Assembly (NCBI GenBank): GCA_028023455.1
Contig: JAQFVV010000007.1
Span: 17,856,001 to 17,920,000, forward strand
Direction: 5' to 3'
Length of the DNA: 64,000 nucleotides
Origin: Epiperipatus broadwayi
Taxonomy: Eukaryota; Animalia; Onychophora
Under the pieces are notes generated by a model. That model ran no database searches and had not been told where the DNA came from. It saw only the letters and a list, made by a program, of their open reading frames with translations. A program made the translations under genes and the position numbers. Below, piece by piece: positions 54,558 through 64,000 of the stretch (its first letter is position 1; the number at the start of each line of letters is the position of its first letter).

Positions 54558-55479
54558 AATATTCTCAGGTTTACTATATAATACTCTTTTAGAATATCTT
54601 GTATCATTAATTTCTTTCATTTGCCTCATGAAGATGTGATTTTACAATAGTAGATACTATAATACCACATTCACCAAGTTAAAGAACAAATTGATTGGTC
54701 TTATAATTTACCATTATAATTTTTAAAATGTTAAGAGCAACCTTAAATACAATTTTTAAGATGCTTTTAAATTATCTCCATAAGATAAACCAAGACTCAC
54801 TTTCATAGAATAAATTAAATAATAACCCTATATACAACTAATTTTATTGCTGTTACTATTTTACTGTGATAAAAATCCATATTTTTCATTATTATACCCT
54901 ATTTTTATAGCAGTAAAAGTACCATATGGATCTAAAATTTAATAACACACTCCCATTAAATTAAAAAATGTTACTGTTATATATAATAATGGTGTGATAT
55001 TTTAAAAAGATAAAAAAAATCTTTTGAATAATAATACAAGAATTCAGATTGTTGCTTTAAATATATTTTTCCTTTTAATTTATTCAAATTTGGAAAAAAA
55101 AACATCCAGCTTAATCTTAAAAGTTGAAGGATTATTAGTCCTGATGATACAATGTTAAGACATTAGAAATGACAGTTTGAACTTTAATTTAAAAACATTT
55201 ATCAGGTTAGTAGTCCATCATTCTATTAATGTACTCAACCCTGAATCATTTATGATAATTATCTAGCTGAAGGCAGCAATATTTAAATAATAAAATATTA
55301 TGACTTAGCAATAACACTTGATCATTTTCATTGGTAGTTTGTTATGGCTTTTTTATGAGATGCCTGGAAAATGTTCAAAATATGATGATCATATGGCAGT
55401 TTCAAAAATAGTCAAATTCTTTTAAAAGTGCATAGCCTCATGAAATTATGCCATCGGCTGTGAAGATGCTTTTATTGTT

Positions 55480-56500
55480 CCAATTTTTTAAATTAAAGAC
55501 AATAAATAAGAAGTGAAATATTATTATCATTATCCACCATGGCAAAGTAATATTTGACAATTTTATTGGAATTGGTTGCTTTCAGTCATAATCAGTGTTT
55601 ATCAGAGACTGTGTGGTTTAGGAAAATGTTGAAGCATTATAAACATGCTTTTTTCTGCCAAACAAATGTAAGAGAAGTAAAGGAATGATTTTTATAGGCT
55701 TTTAATGCTTCAGTTAAGGCAGGTACTATTAATCAATATGAATATGGTACTGGTTGATAGTCATTGATTATTACAAATGTTTAGTCATATTATATCATTT
55801 CTACATATTGTAGATAGAAAATGAAAACTGATGGTAAACAAGAATATGTTCTTCCTCCAGATTTGCTTTTGATTTTTATGATAATAATTTAGGGTAGCTG
55901 CCTCATAAGTCAGAAATCAAAATACAATATGGATGTGACAATAGAATTTTTGATTAGTATTAAAAGAATGGTGATGACTGTGCCATTCTTTCCAATTCAA
56001 ATAATGATTTACAGAATGCAATTAATGCTTTGACTGCAACTTATAAAGACTTTGGTTTAGTAATTAATGTTTGCAAAATTAAAATTCTTTACCAGCTAAG
56101 GCAATTTGAGAATGCAAATCAATTTAAATATCTTGGTAATTTTTCAATTAGAAAGTCAGACATAGATGTTGAGGCACAGCCAGATTCATATTTATTGTTG
56201 CTGCATTTAAAAATTAAAAACTGTCTATTTAATCACAGTGATATATGTGCTATAACTAATTATTAATTTTGGCATTACAATTATTTTTATTATTTATTCA
56301 AGTAATCCATTTGACATTGTAAATTAGCCAGGTGTTGCAATATATGCAAAATGTAGATCATCTTTTTAAGTCTTACTACATTTGTTTTGACTGTGATTTA
56401 GGCACTTGATGGAAAAGCAATGCAATGATTGAGATCATTAAAGCAAAATATAAAAATATACAAGCTGTAATTTAGAAAGAGATTAATAATTAAATATATA
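55480..56500 (+). mobile_element. Heavily decayed RTE (BovB-like) RT remnant
   Basis: FGLVINVCKIKIL...FKYLG (ORF 56030); GKQEYVLPPDL resembles GVKQGCVL.P.L; CGFR-like tgtggtttagg. Confidence 0.6.
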
Positions 56501-57364
56501 GATGAGAGGGGAGATTCTCACTAGTGTCATAAAAATAATACACTGAAAAGAAACTAGACAATCCTCTTTTTTTTAAAAAAGTGACTAAACCTCAATGTGG
56601 TTTAATAACATTCAAATTCAGACTACAAATGATATCTCATACCACTCATTAGATATGTATTTGTTTTAGATTATTATCATTTCAAATTTAATGTTTTTAA
56701 TAAGGATTGTTTATATAAAGTATTAAATTATCTGTATAAATTTTTTTAACATATAGGCAGAAAATAAAATAAAATTATCTTTGTTTAACTAGATTTAGTT
56801 GACAGATTTTTATAACTAGTTGATTGCTTTTTTGTAAATAGTGATTTTAATAAAATAAATTTGCTACTTAATATTGTTGCCATTAGTTACAACACATTTT
56901 ATTATATTTCTTTTTAAAAAGTAGCACTTAAGCTGTCAATTAAAAAAGATGAATTTTTTTAGCCAAGTCTAAACTACAATTGGTGTATGGTACCACTAAA
57001 ACTGATAGGGAGGCATATAAAATTAAAACTATATGAGCTAAATTCAAACTAACTTGAGTTTTATAAAAATGTGTCACACCTAGGAAGGTACTAAGAGGGG
57101 TATGTTTTCAATTTAAAAATATGAAATTAGGGTATTTGAAAATTGGTTGTTGTATCATATACCATTGTTGTTATTGCAGATTAATTGAGTAATTGAAGTA
57201 CTAAACTGGTTTTCCAAACACAAACATGTAAATGAAGATCACACATAAAATGGATGAGATGAATGTATTTGCTGTGGAAAATAAAAGCCATGGTGTAGAG
57301 AAACTGAATTAAATTTTCTGTTGTTTTACAGGGTGTTGATGATTATATACATATAAACAATAAA

Positions 57365-57910
57365 AATAATATATATAATGGTAATTAATTATTATATACA
57401 GTCTTTCAATCTGCAGAAGTACTTTTGGTTAATTCCTTAATTAACTGTCATTAAATTAAAAAAAACAAAATGGAAGCAAATGTCACCAATTCAAATTCCA
57501 TGAATTCTGAATTTTAACATTAACAGCTTGTCTATTAATTATATTCATTTTATTTCTATTTATTAAAATTGTCTCCTTAATTTTTCTTTCATTATGGTTT
57601 CTCTTTTCATGAAGAATCTTCACACTTTGAAGATCAAACTTAAATTTATATTTACATGTTCTTTTATGATCCAAGAAAATTGAAGCAGTCATTAATTCAT
57701 TATTATTTTTACTTTTCACACTCTTGTATAACAATTCATGCTCCTTTAATCTTTTCTCAATACTGCATCTCGATTCACCTATATATGATAACATACATCC
57801 ACAAAAAATTTGATACACAACATTACTTTTTTGCTTGACAGAAATGACACTTTTAGAATTATTCACTAACTTATTAATGTTATTTGTAACACAAAATGAA
57901 ATATTGAACA
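57365..57910 (-). mobile_element. Penelope-like element 3' portion: GIY-YIG endonuclease ORF plus tail
   Basis: KSNVVYQIFCGCMLSYIGESRCSIEKRLKEH...DH...KILHEKRNHNERKIKETILI is the PLE-type GIY-YIG with CCHH residues; frame open to 57483. Confidence 0.85.
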
Positions 57911-58928
57911 TATCCTTATATATATATATCCTTATAAAATTTCTCCTGAGCATAATTTTTAATTAACAGATATTTTATTTGTATTAAATATAAATATCAT
58001 TGAAAAACAGTCAACATTTAGACAATCCCAATATCAATAACAGTGAAATTGTTTATTGTTATTGATATTGGGATAGTCTAAATATTGACTGGTTTTTAAT
58101 GATTATTTACAAACCCATTTAGCATTAAGCATTATTACACTCACATATATAACACTTCCATAAATAAAAATGGATATTAATATATAACTGAGAATTAATA
58201 AACATTGCAAATAACATTCTCTCATATCATTGCAGTCCAGTAATCAGATGAAAAATAATCTTTATCTGGTCTCTAAGATCTTATGTAGTGAATAGATTAA
58301 ACATTATTTTATTGGGTTAGTGATCTTAGTAAAGTCTTAATCTTAATCTGATTGATTTATAATTTCAGATCACTACTTTTATAATATATAAAACCTATAA
58401 TATAGATAACTTATATGATTGACTATTGTATAAAATTTTACAGATCATATGAAGATTGATTTATTTTTCTTCCTGAGATGGGTATTGTATTAATATGAAA
58501 AGATGTTATTTGCAATTAAAAATGACTCTATAAATATTTGTTTCATTTCTTTTACCAATTATAACCCAATGTAGGCATGTTTTATGTGTTTCGTAAGAAA
58601 AGATTATATTTAACCAAAGTTTATATGCTTGGCATGCTTTCAACTATTACAAATCATAATCATGGCATAAATTATCTAGTTTATATTTTCACTAGAGTAT
58701 TTAAATATCACTCTATTATAATACTATTTACTCATGGAAAATTAATATTGCTATGATTATGACTATGAAATAGTTGAAAGTATGCTAATTTTTGTTAAAT
58801 ATAATCTTTTTTTTTTTTTACGAAACATGGAAAATGTGTTTACATTGAGTTAAAAACAACTCTATAAAGTCTGGCTTTTAAAAAATCTTATAATGTGTGG
58901 ATTTGAAGAATATTACTTCATATTATGG

Positions 58929-59450
<522 letters not shown>

Positions 59451-59510
59451 GTTGCCATAAAAGTTTTTATAGATATCAAATGTGTTTTTGGTCTTAACTG
59501 TGTTTGAGAT

Positions 59511-59616
59511 GTCTTGCATTGGTGTTCGAGAGGTCAGCGCGACTGCCTTGCACTTGCAGGCAGTTGCCCGGGTTCGCGTCCCGGCCGATGCTATGACATT
59601 TAAAAAAAAAAAAAAC
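59511..59616 (+). mobile_element. Short tRNA-Gly-like SINE with poly(A) and 13-bp TSD
   Basis: CTGTGTTTGAGAT at 59498-59510 and 59617-59629. Confidence 0.88.
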
Positions 59617-59922
59617 CTGTGTTTGAGATCAGGTATAAAGAATATCATTTAAAGAAAAGTCAATCCAGAAAAAGATTCTCATAGCTACTGTGTGAATATT
59701 TTTTTTATGCATAGTAACACTTGAAAAAATATTTGACATATAATATATATAGTATATTTAGTTTTTTTAGTTTCCTGTTTGTAATCGTTTAGATTAGGAC
59801 AAAATTTAGTCCTTGAACACTTCTCGGATTCATAAGTATAACTCTGCTCTGTGACAATGATGTGTTAATGTCTTTTTTTATTACTGATTTGTGTTCTTTA
59901 CTTTTTTCCTTTCTATTTTTAG

Positions 59923-59991
59923 ACTTCTGCTGTTCAAATGACCATATTCATTAATCAGAGGCTTTTAATGACGATGATGCATAGATAACAG
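59923..59991 (+). other. Candidate 69-nt internal exon (non-coding or unknown gene)
   Basis: Long polypyrimidine tract plus TAG acceptor; CAG|GTAAAT donor; stops in all three frames. Confidence 0.25.
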
Positions 59992-60360
59992 GTAAATCAT
60001 AATTAAAAACTTTAATAAATTAGATTTGCGAACTACCAGTTAATGAGTTTTTAGCAGTTGTCCATTCTTGTTTTAAATTGAGTTAATAATAAATATCCAT
60101 TTACTGGTCAATAGTGTTTTTCCTGCATGGTTTGGTACAATAGGGGGAGCATCTGATTTAGAATCAGAATGTCCCAGGATCGATTACCTAGGTTTGGCAT
60201 TATAAACTCCTAATCAATAAAACCATATGCCTTTTTTTTTAAAATTAAGACGACTATGAAATTAGTGAAATTTTTTTTAACTCTGATTAAAATTAAAAAA
60301 AAATATACTCATCTCGTATTTAAATCCAAGTCATAAATAATGATATGCTATTGTATTATT

Positions 60361-60573
60361 TACACAAAGACAAAACTCTCCATACGGTAGCACCACTCAG
60401 TGCAAGCCAGAGTAATCAATGGATGCAAAAAGGTTTGTGTATAAAATCCCTTATCTAGTGCCTACTTATCCAATAATCTCAGACTAGTTTCTACCTTGCA
60501 TTGAGTGGCACAACTGTATGAAGAGTTTCGCCACTGTGTAAACAGCTTGTGTAAGTATAAAGAAAGGTGATTA
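60361..60573. mobile_element. HHR repeat family A fold-back with degenerate ~18-bp TSD
   Basis: Junction ctaccttg|cattgagtgg; flanks atatgctattgtattatt and atatgcttctgcactatt. Confidence 0.85.
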
Positions 60574-63500
60574 TATGCTTCTGCACTATTACGATACTAC
60601 TAGGTCATTCAATATATATATTAAAACAAATATTTTCATGGACAACAGATAAATTCGGTTCATCCATATAATTAACAGTACTTCTGTACGGCCATTTTAG
60701 TGAAATTGCACCTACCACCAATTAAATAAAATATACTTTTTTTTTTCTTTTTAAAAAATCCATTATAGAAGCACTGTAATTATTTTTTAAGAATAATATT
60801 CCTTATCCACTTTTATAGCAACTTAGATCCAATCAAAGTATTTGTATAATATGAACTGTATTCAGACAAACCCAGATAATATATCTCATATATATATATA
60901 TATATAAATTTGTAAATTTCAACATTTAATTTTGAAGCTATATTTTCTTAGGCAATAAAGAGTAGAGTTTTTACATCCAATTCACAACACTTTATTTTAT
61001 TGCAATTAATTATTTACATCTAAGTGATATTTTTTTTATTTTTGAAAAGACACTTTATTGAAAGCATATTTCAAAGCAATAAATATATCTACCATATATC
61101 AATATTTGATATTGGATAGTGAAAATATTTTTTTTTTCACTTGTGAAAATGATGTTATATTGTAGAAATGTTTATTATAATAGTCCAAATCTATTCATTT
61201 TATTTACTTTTATTGATCTTCATACATCTTTAATAGCATCTGTTTATATTTTAATCATATTGCTTCTTTTCACCACCAGGAGAATTGTGTCATAATATAA
61301 GTTCAAGCATTGTTGCATCACTGATCATGTGATTGTGTATACATTACAAAGTGAGATTCTTTCATCCTTTTTTCATATTATTTCTAGTTAATTCCAACCA
61401 TGGTTAGGTATCTTCTTATACTCCAATTGCATGTGAGCATTTTTTTGGCACTCCATAATGCAATATAGTATGAACTTAGTATTTATGTAATATTTTTAAA
61501 TATTCTATTATACATTAAATGCACTTATATGAAATGACTCTCTAAAAAGATATTTAGAAAAAAACATTCAAAGCATAAAATAGTTTACAATTTGGTGGAC
61601 TTAGAACATTTTTTTTAATATTCCAAGAATCATAAACTCAATATTAATTCCATTTAGAAGATAATAAATCGTTCTCACCAGTGCAGTATATAATATTAAA
61701 TCAATGATGTTAAAGGTGTGAATACTCTTGTTCCAACCACAAGATAAATAGTTTGAAAAAATAATGATGACTGTCTTATTTTCAAACCTAAATGCACTTA
61801 TATAGGCCAATCTTAAGAGTCTTGAAATGAGAGTGTGTATATATTAAATCATTTACTATAAATCCATTTTTTAAAATAATTTTATTAACACTTCTGAAAT
61901 TGAATGATTTAATATAGTGCATTTCGGTTTGAGGATAAAACAGTCATTCTTATTGTCTCAAAGCCTCTATCTTATGGCTGCAGTGAGAGTATCCTGATAT
62001 CAAACATCATTGATTTAATGTTAAGTACAATAGTAGTGAGGAAAATTTATTACCTGCTAAATTGAATTACAATCTGACACATGCTAGTAAAATTCATTGA
62101 TTAGAACTCAATATAAATAATTATAATAAGCATAAAAAGGCAGAAAAGCTCATTTTCTTACACATATTTTTGGGTATCCATTTCAAATTCCCAAAGTGTT
62201 CTATTTAATCATTTTATGTATCTTTTGAGCTATCAGTTCAGTTATATAAATGGCAGCAATAATAAATATATGATCAAAAATAAAAGAAGTAAATATTAGC
62301 AAATTAATAGCTCTTGCATAAACAGTCAATAATTATAATTTATTTGTTTGAAAATTGATGAAATTGTAACATATTTCTATTTATTATTCTTCTTTACTTT
62401 GTAAAAAAGTAACTATCAAGTTATTGAAGTTTGGCATTAATGCAGAAAAATAAGTTGGATTAATTGTTCCATGAGATTGTGTTTCATTAAAAACACATTT
62501 TATAATCTTTATTTGGATTTAAAGTTTATATCTGGGTTAAGAAGGATTATTCATTTTCAACATGAAAAAGGTTTAAATTATTGTATAATTGATAAAAGGA
62601 TTGAAGATTCATTGTATTATAATCTTAAATGGATAATGAAGTCATAAATTAAAAGTAAGATTCCCATTAGTTCCATCCTAGTGCAATTGTTGAATCTATT
62701 CCTCCTCAACTTTTGTTGAAATATTAGCGTATAAACTTCAAAAACAGATTGCTAAAAGAAAAAAATGATACAAATGACTTTGATAAATATTTGTATTACT
62801 TCGAAATATTGAAGAAAAGAAAAGCTTTAATATTCAAGCTTGTGGTAAAACAATTTAAAAGTCTAAAACTACAATGTTTTATTATTGTTATATGATTTAT
62901 GAATAAATAAAGAAAAGATATTTATGAAGCTTTACAGTATTATTAGGGAATAGAAAATTATTTTCCAACTTCTTAGGGATATCATGCTCTTTATTCATTA
63001 ATGAATGACAGCAATATAAAACTTGTTGAAATTATTTATGAAAAGCTACAAAATACTAGAAGCTAATTTCTTTGTATATTTGAAATATCATTACTTAAGA
63101 ATTTTAAACAAAATAAAATAGCTGAACTTTTATTTATGATTTTTTAAAAGAACAGTACTTATGCAAAAAAATTTCCAAGACTGTAATGTTTTATTTCATT
63201 ACTAATTAATTTGATTATTTTATTATATTTTTCATTAATAAAATGAATGCTTATTATTATAGACTTCATTCTCAGTTTTTTCTCTCTCCACTATTACATA
63301 AATAGTCTCTTTTCTCTCTGTTATTACCATTACATAAAATATTGCCTACAAATACATACTTGTAAATAAAGTGATAATAAAAAATATATGTAACCCATAA
63401 AATACCCCCCCATAGCTTTGAGAACATGCTTTCCCTGTAGCTATGACTGGAATGTAGGGTACCTAAGTATATAAAAATTTAGAGAAATAATGCTAAATTC

Positions 63501-63862
63501 AAATTATTGTTTCACATACATAATTTATAATTAGCTATAGTTAACCATACTTCAGTATAAAGATATTAAAATGAAAGTTTTCATGGACAATAAAAATATT
63601 ATTATCCATAGTAGCTTCACAAACAATAATATAGAATATTAAAATATATAAATATATCCAACATTTCCATAAAATAGCATTTGCTCCAAATTGAGAGAAG
63701 ATATTATATCATTACCAAGATAAAGAGTTTCTAGATTTTTGTAGTAACTATAATATCTTTTTCCACTTGAGAGATATTTTATGGAAAGAAAAATGTTTAT
63801 AAATTTTAATATTGTACATAGTCATTGTTCCCAGAAGCTATTATGAATAATATATATTTATA

Positions 63863-64000
63863 GGAATTTAAACACAGACTTTTAAGCTTCATTCAGCTAT
63901 CCATTCTATCTCATACCACTGATACCCATGACCACACACATGTAAAAAAGGAAAATGATAAATGATCACCAATATATGTGTTTCATGCTGAACCAGAACT
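63863..64000 (+). repeat. Copy of the left arm of the 14953-15518 element, cut by the window end
   Basis: ggaattt...cagac...gatacccatgaccac...tttcatgctgaaccag shared. Confidence 0.75.

Noticed and set aside
55141-55180. CTGATGA-tac-AATGT-taag-ACATT-a-GAAA hammerhead-like string
   Set aside because: No stem III/NUH site or stem I can be formed, and it is single-copy in the window; possibly a very old relic.

Overview
Very AT-rich eukaryotic DNA, probably from an invertebrate animal (host not identifiable). CpG is depleted in the repeats and no intact host protein-coding gene can be recognised. Conventional decayed transposons are present: several RTE-clade LINE remnants, an L1/Tx1-type LINE, three copies of another RT+CCHC LINE, a Merlin/IS1016-type transposase remnant with a nearby MITE, tRNA- and 5S-derived SINE-like sequences, and microsatellites. 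The main signal is a set of hammerhead-ribozyme (HHR) carrying non-coding repeats. Family A is a ~420-445 bp unit at about 16 loci with a minimal type I HHR (CTGATGA...GAAA-CTAGTC, palindromic stem III). It occurs as head-to-tail tandems and, mostly, as divergent fold-back insertions, several flanked by target-site duplications (TSDs). A second HHR family (54.2-54.6 kb) and a third HHR-like family (36.1-36.5 kb) share this architecture. The third is homologous to the 3' tail of a Penelope-like GIY-YIG endonuclease remnant at 57.5-57.9 kb. Together this looks like a retrozyme / Penelope-like element (PLE) system. Ribozyme activity and transcription are inferred, not shown. All alignments were done by eye, so repeat boundaries are approximate to about 10-20 bp.
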